Positions 47,824 to 61,889 are shown, numbered from the whole stretch's first letter. The stretch is DNA of 63,791 bases, filler included, from Octopus bimaculoides (GCF_001194135.2; 6 parts of 5 records of this genome joined end to end with filler, not necessarily neighbours in it), one strand, 5' to 3'. Translations and numbers: made by a program. The notes: a model not told the origin generated them from the letters alone.

Positions 47824-49539
47824 NNNNNNNNNNNNNNNNNNNNNNNNNNNNNNNNNNNNNNNNNNNNNNNNNNNNNNNNNNNNNNNNNNNNNNNNNNNNN
47901 NNNNNNNNNNNNNNNNNNNNNNNNNNNNNNNNNNNNNNNNNNNNNNNNNNNNNNNNNNNNNNNNNNNNNNNNNNNNNNNNNNNNNNNNNNNNNNNNNNNN
48001 NNNNNNNNNNNNNNNNNNNNNNNNNNNNNNNNNNNNNNNNNNNNNNNNNNNNNNNNNNNNNNNNNNNNNNNNNNNNNNNNNNNNNNNNNNNNNNNNNNNN
48101 NNNNNNNNNNNNNNNNNNNNNNNNNNNNNNNNNNNNNNNNNNNNNNNNNNNNNNNNNNNNNNNNNNNNNNNNNNNNNNNNNNNNNNNNNNNNNNNNNNNN
48201 NNNNNNNNNNNNNNNNNNNNNNNNNNNNNNNNNNNNNNNNNNNNNNNNNNNNNNNNNNNNNNNNNNNNNNNNNNNNNNNNNNNNNNNNNNNNNNNNNNNN
48301 NNNNNNNNNNNNNNNNNNNNNNNNNNNNNNNNNNNNNNNNNNNNNNNNNNNNNNNNNNNNNNNNNNNNNNNNNNNNNNNNNNNNNNNNNNNNNNNNNNNN
48401 NNNNNNNNNNNNNNNNNNNNNNNNNNNNNNNNNNNNNNNNNNNNNNNNNNNNNNNNNNNNNNNNNNNNNNNTTATACATATATATGTATATACATATAGA
48501 TATATGTATATGCATATATTTATACATATATATGTATACGCACACACACACACACATACATATATATCATTTGAAAACTTTTAAAAAACCTGACAGGTGA
48601 TTAAATGTTGGAATAGATTCATATTAAAATCTTTCGGTATTTTCCAAAGATTAAGGTGGATAAAATAGTTGAAATATTACATGTTTTAAAAAAATGAAGG
48701 CTTTCAATACTTCTACTTCAACACTATGCTCATACTGATTGACATACATATGAACCGAAGTTTGATATTTTGTAATTTATATTCATGTTCGTCATAAACT
48801 TCGACTGATTGTGATGGACAAGGAATATTATCACACCTGACAGAACATAATTAAATACATATTTCAGCTTACAGTTTTGTAAATACTCGACACATTTCAG
48901 TTATTTAGCTTTCAATACATGTGAAAGAGTGTGATGGGGTGCATGTTTGAAGTTATAAGAAATAATCAAAGTAATAATATACAGTCGACTCATAAAAACA
49001 AAACATAAAAACAAAACACACGCCCATATATGTATGTATCTATACATATATAATATAATATATATATATNNNNNNNNNNNNNNNNNNNNNNNNNNNNNNN
49101 NNNNNNNNNNNNNNNNNNNNNNNNNNNNNNNNNNNNNNNNNNNNNNNNNNNNNNNNNNNNNNNNNNNNNNNNNNNNNNNNNNNNNNNNNNNNNNNNNNNN
49201 NNNNNNNNNNNNNNNNNNNNNNNNNNNNNNNNNNNNNNNNNNNNNNNNNNNNNNNNNNNNNNNNNNNNNNNNNNNNNNNNNNNNNNNNNNNNNNNNNNNN
49301 NNNNNNNNNNNNNNNNNNNNNNNNNNNNNNNNNNNNNNNNNNNNNNNNNNNNNNNNNNNNNNNNNNNNNNNNNNNNNNNNNNNNNNNNNNNNNNNNNNNN
49401 NNNNNNNNNNNNNNNNNNNNNNNNNNNNNNNNNNNNNNNNNNNNNNNNNNNNNNNNNNNNNNNNNNNNNNNNNNNNNNNNNNNNNNNNNNNNNNNNNNNN
49501 NNNNNNNNNNNNNNNNNNNNNNNNNNNNNNNNNNNNNNN

Positions 49540-49577
<38 letters not shown>

Positions 49578-49929
49578 GCATAATGTGTGCGTACATTTAA
49601 CCGCAAAGTGCACACTCTTAATTCATTTGAAGTATTTAATCATTCAGAGTTTAGAACATCTCATTAGATATTCGGTCCTGTGATGTTATATTTACATGAC
49701 TTGAACAAACAGGAAAGAATGCACTTCAAATGAGCAACACAAAGAGACGTGAATGATCTAGATGTTTCGGACAATATTCATGTAACTGGCCACTGTTGAA
49801 CTAAAGAAGGTTACTCACTTAGCCCCACAATATATGAATCGTTGACCCCCGTGAGAGGTTGGTACGTAAATAGATTGGAAGTGATGACTTATGTTTGTAA
49901 TAAGTAACAGAATGTAAAAGAAATATTAA

Positions 49930-50330
49930 TGCGCGGAGGTCGGCTGAAGTGTACATAGGCTGACCAAGATATTCTCATGGAATGTGACCAAATGATGTTT
50001 ATTTTTCAACACATATTCCATCGGTGTTGCAGATTTTGGATACCATTGATGAAGAAGTTTTCATTCGGTTGGTCAAATAAGTCAACAGACAATTATGACG
50101 TCATCATCACTCTGATACTGGCTCCTACCAAGTATCTTGTTTATGTTGGGTAACAGATGATAAACTGATGGGGCCAAATTAGCAGAAAAATTAGCAGAGG
50201 GTGATCAACCAGCTCAAAACCACAGTCACGCACAGCAGCCATTGAAACAAAAGACTAGTGTTCTTCAGCATTGATCTGATGTAACAAGATGACTTTCGTC
50301 AATGTTTCTAGACGTTTGGCCTTGGTATCT
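49930..50330 (-). mobile_element. Mariner-derived non-autonomous fragment
   Basis: TIR-like GAGGTCGGCTGAAGTGTACATAGGCTGAC followed by degenerate transposase-like sequence. Confidence 0.45.
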
Positions 50331-51289
50331 TTCCGTAACTGCTTCATCTAGTTGATTTAGTATTCTCCATTCAGAGTGTGACACGCTTCAGGATATTCAA
50401 TAAATTAGCGTCATTCAAACTGAAGTTGAAAAACCTGCAGATGAATTAGCGTTTAAGTGGCTGAGTATTCCACTGAAACGTGCACACTTATCTTAATTCT
50501 CAGGCTGCAACTGCATGACTTAGTGTTTGGCAAAGAATTATTTACTGAATTTCAAACAGATTACACCTGACATGCTTCTATACAGTTCGTCTATTCTATT
50601 TCACTCTTAACATATGGGGTAACTTGAGACCATACAAAATAGCATTTGCCTGACTCACTACGAAACTCTGTGATTACAAAGCGAACTTCTTCAACATTCG
50701 GTTTACGGTGCCAGCTCTTATACTATACTGTGGATTCTCTTTTATAATTTCAGCATCATATGTATGACTTCAGGATTAGATATGTACGTGAGTCTATGTG
50801 CGTGTGCGTGCGTATGAGTGTATTTCTAATAGGTATGTGAATATGAATGCTATTCTTTCTTATATGTGAGTATGTGTTCTGTGAATATCTGCACTATAAT
50901 TCCTTATTGTGCTCTTCGCTAAATGTAAATGATTCTAGGCGTCGCGGTCGTGTATTATTAAACGAAATAATAGATATTTTCAAAGAAGTCATTTTTTTTA
51001 ATTTGAAAGTCCACATCCCTATATGAATGTTACTGTTTAAAAATTATCCGCCCACATATCTTGTTAAAGCCCTCAAATTATTCATTTGACTTACATTAAT
51101 ATTAAACACTCAACGTTGACGGCGAACGTTTTTCAAACACAGGAGCATAATCATTTTAATCATATGCAAAAAGCTTTACAGTTAGTATATTGAGTATTTA
51201 TATCTGTAGTAAACCTCATAAACTAAAACAACACAACTCTAACAACATACATTTTACAAGATAAAGGCCTAATGAATCAATAAATTTCA

Positions 51290-51448
51290 CAGGAGTGGCT
51301 GTATGGTAGGTGGCTTGCTTAACAGCCACATGGTTCCGAGTTCAGTCCCACTGTATGGCACATTGGGCAAGTGTCTTTTACTAAGGCCTCGGGCCGACCA
51401 AAGCCTTGTGAGTGGATTTGATAGACGGAAACTGAAAGAAGCCCGCCG

Positions 51449-51479
<31 letters not shown>

Positions 51480-51745
51480 NNNNNNNNNNNNNNNNNNNNN
51501 NNNNNNNNNNNNNNNNNNATATATATACATATGTATGTTTGTGTGTCTGTGTTTGTCCTCCCACCATCGTTTGACAACCGATGCTGGTGTGTTTGTGTCC
51601 CCGTAACTTAGCGGTTCGGCAAAAGAGACCGATAGATTAAGTACTAGGCTTACAAAGAATGAGTCCTGGTGTCGATTTGTTCGACTAAAGGCGGTGCCCT
51701 AGCTTGGCCGCTCTCAAATGACTGAACAAGTAAAAGAGTAAAATG
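51290..51745 (+). mobile_element. Near full-length OR-like CORE SINE (gap in internal microsatellite)
   Basis: AGGAGTGGCTGTATGGT head, GTTCAGTCCC B box, TTGGGCAAGTGTCTT core, tail GACTGAACAAGTAAAAGAGTAAAA. Confidence 0.9.
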
Positions 51746-53631
51746 TAAAGAATATTTACTACAACACTCATTACCAGACAAACATTAATATAACAAGAGG
51801 CTAAACCCTATAATGTGATATAAAATTAAACATTCACAATGGATCTATGTCATTTTCTTAATGGTACTGTTTTTTATCTCTGTTTTTACCCACGTAGTGG
51901 GCTACAAGTGTATGGGTAGAAATATATCTGTCCTTTTCAGACCGTGTTTTGTTTGAATCTTCTTTTGCCTTTGTTTTCATGTCAGAGATTTTTCCCCCAC
52001 GATGTCATCACATACATCTACTCCTTATCACTTTTCTCCTTTTGAAATTAGAGATGTATATTTTTTTTTCTCTTCGCTCTTTTCTGGATTTGTCCACTGG
52101 CAAAATACTGTTGTTCAATCTTAGAAAATTATTTCACCTGCATTTTTTGAACTGTGGTATATCTAAAATTTTTTTTGAATTTGTTAAGTATTGACACGAC
52201 TGCAGTATGAACGGTTATATCGTTTGAATCCGTAAAAGAATCGTCTCTGTTATTGCTTCTGCTGCTAATGCTGTCATTATAATTACTTTTTTGAGTCTTG
52301 AGAATATTTTTATTCTTATCTATTCCCTTTTTCATTAAGATGCCCAACTTTCTCCTCTTTTATTACATCAAGTGATATGTTTTGACTTTGTATTTTTCCC
52401 TTTATCATTTTCTTATTTACTATGGCAGTGTTCAGTCCTATGGCGTATACGTTTGGGAACAATTTTAGTTAAAAACACAATGAATGTAAATAAATACATT
52501 TTAAATTTAAAAGAAAAGAAAACTTTTTGTCGTCTACTTCAGATTATTGAGGGCAAAATTTCCTTAGTATTTATTGTGCTTTTTGATTTAAGTACACTGA
52601 AAGAAACCTTCATTTGATAATGCTAGAATAAGTTATGTCACGAAAAATGATTAAAAAAGACATCCTGAAACAATGAGACTCAGTAACGAAAATGATAATA
52701 ATAAAGAAAAAGGTTTCAATAACAAAGAATCAATGATTTTCTTAAAGTAAACAAAAACAGGTGAACAGTATCTTAAGACTCTCGAATTCAATAAATACTC
52801 CACTGTGAAATTAACTTTTATGGCCACTTTTTAGAAATAATCTTCACTTAAAATAACATTTTCAAACATTCAATGTAATGTTGGACGTCAGAGTAAAGCT
52901 AAAAGAGAGTGTGTCATATTGCAGAGGGTTTAAGGCGATATTAAATGAATATTTCACAGATGAATTATAGCCTTTCTTCTGAGAACGATTCAAGTAAGCA
53001 TCGACACTAAAATGTGATAAGGCTAACTCTGTGTAACATAGAATTACCAGAAAACATATAAAAGAACCGTTTCCAGGTGATGTGCATCTGTTAACTTTCT
53101 GAACGGACGGCCAAATCGCGTTGGATCCAATGAAATATGTGATGAACGATAATGTCCCTAAGGAAAATAAGACCATTGTATTCATAGAAAACGCAAGTGA
53201 ATGTTACTTGTCCTGCATATAATTATCTTCATAGATAGTAAAACTATCACTGAAGTGGAAAGTGTGTGATATTTTATGGCAGAGTCACTGAGTATTGAGA
53301 AACCTAAATCATGTCAGTGATATAATTCATTTGTGTGTAACGACTACAAGTAATGTGTGTGTGTGCGCGTGTGTACATATATGTATGTGTGTGTGTGTGT
53401 ATTAGTGGGGGGGGAGTATTGAGCATTATTGTGCTTATATTAAATCAAGAAATTTGAATAGTTTATTTCAAATCCACGATTTTGAAATGCAGTTCCACTG
53501 CTGGTCGCTTAATTCATTTAGGTTGATATCAGAAATTCCTATATTACATCTCAACTTACAAGATCCCTAATATTTGCAGCATTAACATATTACTGATAGA
53601 GACAATAATAAATAAATATAAACCTTTAGTG

Positions 53632-53886
53632 CAGTGGTTTTCGACCATTTTTGCCTATAGGCCTCTTTGATTTCTAACTCACTCTAGTGCACCATATGAA
53701 ACAGGCAATCCCATTGTATTTTAATAATCAAATATTATTACGAATTGTATAAAAACTTGAACTATGTTCGTTTTGTAGAGGTATAAGCTATTTATTGCGC
53801 ATGAATTTTAGCAACGAAATCTTATACGGACCGCAAAGGGCCACGTGGACCCTCAAAAAAATGTGAACCCTAGCTGAGAACCACTG
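53632..53886. mobile_element. hAT (Charlie-type) MITE
   Basis: TIRs CAGTGGTTTTC / GAGAACCACTG, with an imperfect 8-bp TSD CTTTAGTG / CTTTATTA. Confidence 0.8.
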
Positions 53887-54429
53887 CTTTATTAGACACA
53901 AGGAACATTGATTCAAAATATGTAGTTCGATGGTAAATTATAAGATATAAGATGAAAAGATAAGCTGTGGAGAATTTTCAGTGAGAGCCCAGGTTAATTG
54001 AAATTAACCTTCATTCACACAGGAAATATGCGTTCGAAATCATAAATCAAATAGCCAGTCCAAATGCATGGTTTGGGTTTCCTGCCTATTGACTTAATCT
54101 TTACACACTTCTGTATGTAGCGAGAAACTTTATCTTTGATAAAATACAATGAGTGGCTTTCTTCCTGGTGGGAATTTATACCTCAGGCATATTTGAACTG
54201 GTAACAACTCAGTAGAAATATTATAGTTTCCTAACATGGAACATCTTATGTCCACGCAAGTTGACGATTTATGTCATTCCTCCCTGCTGTCTCCGTTCTC
54301 ATTTCGAAGGACTCGGAGTAAAGTTTGGTTTTTATCTTACTGTGTTTAGTTACGAAAAAATAATACAACGTATTTGGAAAGAAAAAAATTATTAAAGGTT
54401 TCGAAAAATATACCTTGTGTTATTAGATC

Positions 54430-54970
54430 TGACACTTAGCAGCATTTCGTCCGTCTTTTCGTTCTGATTTCAAATTCGATGAGAGCCACTGCGTAGTAGT
54501 GCAGCAGAGCATATTGTTGTTATTATCATTGAGTGAGAAAGCTGTGCATACCATCAAAGTGATACTGGGGTGAAATATACGACACCTAGTACACCCGTCT
54601 GATAAGGGTACACCAGTCACATGCATCACAACCATATGTGCGTGACATGGTTATCTCATATCAAGAAAAACAGCGCACGAACTTGCAGGTGGAGCCCAGT
54701 TAAAATTTTCTTCAAGCCGAGTGGCCCATCCTGCTGGGATGGTCCCTGAATGAGGGTTGTTTAAGGATGTTGAATGAAACACCCATGTTTCCAAAGGTAA
54801 ACTATCCAACCCGAAAGAATTCCTCTCACCACATGGCTATGATGCGCCCTCACTACTCCTGCTCGTGATCAGAAATGCACATAATGTCAGCCACTGAAGG
54901 ACATGCTCAACTGGTTAAGGTCAAACAACTGACAAGCAAAACCGTGGTTTTGAGGGAATATTTGCTGTGA
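54430..54970 (+). mobile_element. Composite SINE-like repeat (tRNA-like head plus long unique body)
   Basis: The head ACTTAGCAGCATTTCGTCCGTC..GTTCTGATTTCAAATTC resembles the Nin-type SINE head. The body is shared with 13030-13225, and an (ATT)n tract follows. Confidence 0.6.
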
Positions 54971-54986
54971 ACCAACTTTTATACAA

Positions 54987-55051
<65 letters not shown>

Positions 55052-55608
55052 TATTATCATCATCACTATCATCATCATTATTAGAGGTGGTGGAGACTGA
55101 AAATAAAGCAGGCGACTGAGAATATTCATTCTAGCACACATCATAAAGATTGATATTTCGGCCAAATTTCGAATTATTGAATAGTAGAATTCTAGTTCAG
55201 CCTTTCAGAATTTTTATACTCAGTAATTCATGGCATAAATCACAGAAATACGAAATTTACGTATTTCTGGGCATTTACGAGAAGAAGTGGTCGTGCTAGA
55301 ACTCGCTGTCTCCAAAGGGCATAAGTAGTTGAAATGAAATGACGTATCTTAAATCGTAAATTGAAACCGTCATACATTACCAGTTCGCCGGAAGCTGACC
55401 TTGTAAGTTTTATGCACGCCACAATCTTCTTATATAGAATTTATCGTGAATAATTGCATACAGTGTTTCTCAAAGGCAGGTAACACCCAATATATACTAG
55501 TTTTCATGTTCACGTTAATAAATAAGAGAATACCAACGTAAGTTATTACGATGGTTACCAGCATTAAATGTAACTAAGATTTAGTTAGGGATGAAGTCGA
55601 AGATTTAC

Positions 55609-55639
<31 letters not shown>

Positions 55640-55721
55640 NNNNNNNNNNNNNNNNNNNNNNNNNNNNNNNNNNNNNNNNNNNNNTATAAAGAGAGAGAGA
55701 GTGAGAGAGAGAGAAACAGAC

Positions 55722-55793
<72 letters not shown>

Positions 55794-55894
55794 GCACCTA
55801 AGAATTCAAAAGCAGACGAAACGGAAATATGACTTGACAGTATTTGAGCAACGTTCAATATGTTCAAATGTATCTGGAGTGTCGTTATTGTTAG

Positions 55895-56470
55895 ACGTGG
55901 CTGTGCGCTACGAAGCCTGCTTTATAACCACATAGTTTCGGGTTCAGTCTCACTGCATGGTACCTTGTGCAGGTGACTTATACTATAGCCTCGGACCGAC
56001 CAAAATCTTGAGAGTGGATTTGATAGACGGAAACTGAAAAAAGCCCGCCGTAAACTCATGTGCATATATTTGTGTTAGTGTGTGTGTTTGTGTTTGTGTT
56101 TGCCCTCACTACATCTTGACAACTGGTGTTAGTTTGTTTCCCTCCTCTAACAAAATGGTTCAGTAACAGAGAACGATAGAATAAGTATCGGGCATAAGTA
56201 TTAGGGCCTATTTTTTCGACAAAAAGCCATTCGAGGTGGAGACCAAGTATGACCACTATCAAATGACCGAAACAAGCAAAAGATACATGATCAAAGATAT
56301 ATATAAATCTTTGATGAGTGGCTGTGTGGTAAGTAATTTGCGTACCAACCACATGGTTCCGGGGTCAGTCCCACTGCATGGCACCTTGGGCAAGTGTCTT
56401 CTACTATAGCCTCGGACTGACCAAAGCCTTGTGAGTGGCTTTGATAGACCGAAACTGAAAGAAGCCCATC
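55895..56470 (+). mobile_element. Tandem cluster of OR-like SINE copies
   Basis: One complete head-to-tail copy (about 55895-56290) is followed immediately by a second head/core (about 56315-56470). Confidence 0.8.
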
Positions 56471-56891
56471 GTGTGTGTGTGTGTATGTGTATGTGTGTGT
56501 GTGTATGTGCTCATGTGTCTGTGTCTGTCGGACAGTTTTGGTTGAGTATTTCCGACAAACGGGAGCTTGAATCTCTGAGTAACATTTTTTGTGATATCTT
56601 TCCAGCTTTATTACTAAAGCATATTACTCTACCTCCAGTAGTCGAGTACTGCTTTTCCACCTTGTTTCACATTTGTGTGCTTATTCCAGTATATATATAT
56701 ATATATGCATGTGTGCAAGATATATATGAATATGATATATGAGAAAAAGTGAATAATGTATCTATTCACTAAGCTGAATAAAATATCCGGTGTAAAGCAC
56801 TGAAACATCTTTAAATCAAAATAACTATCTCGGCGTCGTCTCCTAATATAATAATGAGCGTAGTGCTTTTATATATTCGTATATATATATA

Positions 56892-56907
56892 AGATCGGAA
56901 GAGCGTC
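56892..56907 (+). other. Illumina adapter contamination
   Basis: AGATCGGAAGAGCGTC, the start of the TruSeq adapter, lies directly at a contig end before Ns. Confidence 0.9.
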
Positions 56908-57061
56908 NNNNNNNNNNNNNNNNNNNNNNNNNNNNNNNNNNNNNNNNNNNNNNNNNNNNNNNNNNNNNNNNNNNNNNNNNNNNNNNNNNNNNNNNNNNNN
57001 NNNNNNNNNNNNNNNNNNNNNNNNNNNNNNNNNNNNNNNNNNNNNNNNNNNNNNNNNNNNN

Positions 57062-57096
<35 letters not shown>

Positions 57097-58531
57097 GTAT
57101 ATATATATATATATTTGTTCCGAATCACGCCGGATGCGGAGGAGGAAAGAAAATGATAATTCAGTGAAGGAGAGGTAATGAGAGTAATAGCCTTGACTGA
57201 GAGGGTGTGAGAGAAAGTATTAGCAATGAGAGAAAGGAAGGGGTGAACAAATATCAGCGTTTCAACTCTGTGTGAGTATATGTGTTTATGTGTGTGTGTG
57301 TGTACAATGGAAGTATGTGAATGTTGGTATGTGTGATTATTATGTACCTTATTTTCTACCTTATAAAATACTACAATTAGCAGTCATTTTTGACGGCATG
57401 TGATCAGCTAGTAATTAATAATCACGGAGGAACAAACATAATTGATAAGAGCCTGCAAGGCCGAAATGCACGTGGCGTTCTGGCGAGCAATTGCCAGGAC
57501 AACTTTTTTCCTGACACCGATGTATATTGTGTTGTTAAACATAGCACAACCATGAAATTTTATGTCATACAAACCTTGCAGTAACTACCCTGTTATGTAT
57601 GCATTTATCTTAGGTATGTTACATAGCTGGAGGTTTTCATTTGATGCTTCTTAAATTGCGAACACTCAATGCTCATCAGGAATTAACGGATAAAATACTA
57701 TAGTCAAAATCATATTTTACATGAACTTAGATTAATAACAGTTTGTTCTAAAGTGAACGTGAAGTTTTAAAACTCAAAATAGAAATTGTAAATCTATGTT
57801 TTTGTATTCCAATAAAAAAAAAGTGACAAGGACCATTATTATATATCTATTTCCCACTATCTCGTTCTCTCTTCTCACTGATTTGGATTATTTGTTAATT
57901 ATGTTGCCGCTTTACATTTTAAAGAATAAAAAAAAAATGTTACTGTTACTATTACAATCAATTTCCTGTTTGATAGTTACATCCTAGAAAATATATAATC
58001 GAAATAACTGTAAAAAAAAATAATAATAATCTCGAAAATATTCCACGGTGAATTATGTCGGTTTTTAAAAGATCTTATTAACTACATGGTAATTTTCATT
58101 CCGTTGTAAATTTAAGCAAGTTAGATGGATATAACACACGCTCACGGAAACACGCTTACACACACAAATTCAGGTGGCACACGCATTATATATATATATA
58201 TACATACACACACGCATACACACATATACATACGCACATATATATACATGCCTTCTTCATATGAGAGAAAGGAATATATANNNNNNNNNNNNNNNNNNNN
58301 NNNNNNNNNNNNNNNNNNNNNNNNNNNNNNNNNNNNNNNNNNNNNNNNNNNNNNNNNNNNNNNNNNNNNNNNNNNNNNNNNNNNNNNNNNNNNNNNNNNN
58401 NNNNNNNNNNNNNNNNNNNNNNNNNNNNNNNNNNNNNNNNNNNNNNNNNNNNNNNNNNNNNNNNNNNNNNNNNNNNNNNNNNNNNNNNNNNNNNNNNNNN
58501 NNNNNNNNNNNNNNNNNNNNNNNNNNNNNNN

Positions 58532-58575
<44 letters not shown>

Positions 58576-58825
58576 CACACACGCATACACACATATACAT
58601 ACGCACATATATATACATGCCTTCTTCATATGAGAGAAAGGAATATATATTTAATAAAGAACTCCGCCCCACCCCTACACACACATGGATGAAACTGAGC
58701 ACAAGTGTGAGTGACGGGAGGAAGAAGGTAGAAACTCCAAAATTACAAATAGTTCAATCATCCGCATCGGACGAACACATATACATATTCACACACCCAC
58801 ACACATATGCACACACACAGATACA

Positions 58826-58860
<35 letters not shown>

Positions 58861-59104
58861 ACACACACACACGTTCAATACAAAGTGAAAATGTGTCTCA
58901 TACCAAATAATTACATTACATCGAAGCCCGTCCGCTTTCCGAAGCGTGTAATCTACTGGGAAAACAAAATAGTTCGCAGCAAGAAGTACCCAAGAAGAGA
59001 GCTCGCCCTCCGGCACGACAATTTAACCCACAACCTTCCTGTCGTTAGAATGCTCTATACCACTGACCTTCACATATACAAATATATATATATTTGTATA
59101 TGTG

Positions 59105-59450
59105 ATTTTTTTCGTTGAGCATGCTTGTCTGTTTGCGCATGCAAAGTACAAACTGAGAGCTTGCGAACAGCTAAATTTATTACTGAATGGCACGGGGAAC
59201 TTTCTAGTGAAGTTGAACAACTTATCTGTCCACCGCAATCCCCAGATCTCAATATTATTGAACATTTATGGTGCATTTTGGAAAAACAAGTAAGGAGTCG
59301 ATATCCTCCACCAACATCACTACAAGAACTGGCAACTGTTTCAGCTGAAGAATGGACGAAAAATTCCTTTAGAGACAATTCAAAATTCGTATGAATCCAT
59401 ACCTCGTAGAATTGAAGCTATAATTAATGCTAAGGGCTACACCATATTAA
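59105..59450 (+). mobile_element. Tc1-like transposase C-terminal remnant
   Basis: ICPPQSPDLNIIEHLWCILEKQVRSRYPPPTSLQEL contains the SPDLNxIExLW Tc1 motif, and is followed by ..IPRRIEAIINAKG. Confidence 0.9.
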
Positions 59451-59676
59451 AATTAATTTGTTCGAAATTTTAAAGTGAAATTTTAAAGTATATATATATA
59501 TATAATATCGAATGGGACAAGAACGCAAAACATCCAGGCAGTTAGGTGATACAAGAAAGGGACAAAACATCCAGACAGACGATACGAAGAAAACAAGAAC
59601 AGGTCATTCAGAGTTTTCTCACCTCAGTTGATGTCCAGATTATCTTTGCAATTTCGAAATTCTATAAGTATAAGCA

Positions 59677-59864
59677 TAATTATAATTAGGGTTCAGTAAA
59701 ATTGCTTCACCACATACCGAAATTTAGAAATAGCAGTTAAATACTACGTGTGTTGGGAGTATTGCTGTCTGGGAGATATTTTATGGTAGTGGAATAGTAT
59801 TTAACTGCTATTTCTTAATTTCGGTATGTGGTGAAGCAATTTTGCTGAACTTTAATTATAATTA
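59677..59864. mobile_element. Palindromic MITE-like element with 70-bp near-perfect arms
   Basis: 59677-59746 is the reverse complement of 59795-59864 with about 4 mismatches, around a 48-bp spacer. Confidence 0.85.
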
Positions 59865-59994
59865 TAGAACTTTTGTATAAGGTTACCGATAATGTTTTTT
59901 TTTAAAATACCGAAATACTTGGTAAAATTATTAATTATTAATTAATTAATTTCATCCTTTATTATTAGTAAATATATACATATGTACACATAGA

Positions 59995-60360
59995 TATGGT
60001 GCTCCAGCATGACCGCAGCTGCACAGCTGAAACGAATAAAAGAATAATAGAATAAAGCCTTGTGAGTGGATTTGGCAACTTAAAGAGCCCGTTGGATCTA
60101 TATCAAAATATGTGTGTATGTACATATCTATGTGTGTGTCTTTGTGTTAATTTTCCCCCCATCACCACTTGACAACTGATGATGGTGTGTTTACGTCTCC
60201 GTAAAGTAGCGGCTCGGCTAATAGGACGGATAAAAAAAAGGGCACATACTAGGCTTTAAAAAATAATTCCTGTGGTCGATTTGTTCGACTAAAACGTTTC
60301 AAGGTTGTGCTCCAACATGGCTGCAGTCAAATGACTGAAACAAGTAAAGGAATGAAACAA
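59995..60360 (+). mobile_element. OR-like SINE tail followed by a 5'-truncated copy
   Basis: GGTGCTCCAGCATG.. tail, then AAAGCCTTGTGAGTGGATTTGG..GCAGTCAAATGACTGAAACAAGTAAA. Confidence 0.8.
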
Positions 60361-60774
60361 TAAAAAATAAATTAGATACCTCGCTGAATAAACTCCGTTT
60401 TACTTGGTTCGATTATACGGCATGTTTTTGTTATCAGTAAGATGTTTGTTGCTATCAGTAGGCTGTTGGCTATAATGACAGGGGATTTCTGAGTCATGCG
60501 TCTAGTTATGGTTAAGCATACACGTGTTACCATAAACACACGCCAGTGGTCTCGTGGACATACACACCCACGCTCACGCTATTAGGGAGACGTCTTTAAA
60601 TACGGCCATAAACAAACTCAAACGTATTATTAGAGGCGAACAGACAAAGGATATCTGCTGCCCCGCTGTGCGGCCATTTACAGTTGGTCACACATGACTG
60701 GGCCGTGGTGTCTGGCAGCGGTTTGATGTATTTATATAAACTACAGTCACCACGTTCGTATTCATATATATATA

Positions 60775-61200
60775 CTCTTTTACTCTTTTACTTGTTTCAG
60801 TCATTTGACTGCGGCCATGCTGGGGCACCGCCTTTTAGTCGAGCAAATCGACCCCAGGACTTATTCTTTGTAAGCCTATAGTACTTATTCTATCGGTCTA
60901 TTTTGCCGAACCACTAAAGTTACGGGGACGTAAACACACCAGCATCGGTTCTCAAGCGATGTTGGGGGTACAAACACAGACACACAAACATATACACACA
61001 CGCGCGCATACATATATGCATACATAGGATGGGCTTCTTTCAGTTTCCTTCTATCAAATCCACTCACAAGGTTTTGGTCGACCCGAAGCTATAGTAGAAG
61101 ACACTTGACCAAGGTGCCGCGCAGTGAGACTGAACCATGTGGTTCGTAAGCAAGCTACTTACCACACAGCCACCCCTACGCCTATAGCCACTCCTGTATG
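60775..61200 (-). mobile_element. Full-length OR-like CORE SINE
   Basis: Complete reverse copy, from the (CTTTTA)n tail to the CTTACCACACAGCCAC head. Confidence 0.9.
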
Positions 61201-61889
61201 TGTTTGCATGTGTGTGAGTGTGTGAGTGTGTGTGTGTATGTGTGCACATATACACACACATAGCTTTTATGTATTTGTAGATGTATATATTACGTACGCA
61301 GTCATACATATGCTTCCGTATAAATGCTTCAATGCAAATGCTTTCAAACATATATATTGCCAATTTGTAATATACCGTTTTTAAGTTAATATATAAAACA
61401 TACCTCGTCTGTTTACTCTATTGTCTGTGATCTATAATAATCTTATGTTACGTACTCGAAATAGTACTATACTCCATTGCATGTACCTGTTCGTGCTTTG
61501 TAGAGAAACATACGATTTCAACTCCGAGCAATTTTTTCTAGCTTTGATTAGTAAGCCTAGTATTCCTGGCGAAGTTACTACCTTTTACCGAATTTATTTA
61601 AAATTGAAATATTATAGTTGTCCACGCAATATATAACTGAGGACCTTCAGAACAAGAGACCAGTAAACTATGCTGGTCATATGGAGGACATTTGTCATGA
61701 GCCTGTTTGGATAACTGCTCTCAACTCTGGTCACCCTATTGTATCAGAGTAATAGCGGAAAAAACGTATTCCCCAGAATCTTTAAACATTTACACTAAAC
61801 GGACTTACATTTCTTCAAATTGAAAATTTATTGTATCATTTTAAGTAGTCTAGATCGAAATCTCATTCACGTGGTTCTGAATAGGACTA

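Noticed and set aside
58186-58650. About 90-bp direct duplication on both sides of a gap
   Set aside because: Identical sequence flanking an N run next to (TA)n is most simply an unmerged contig overlap.
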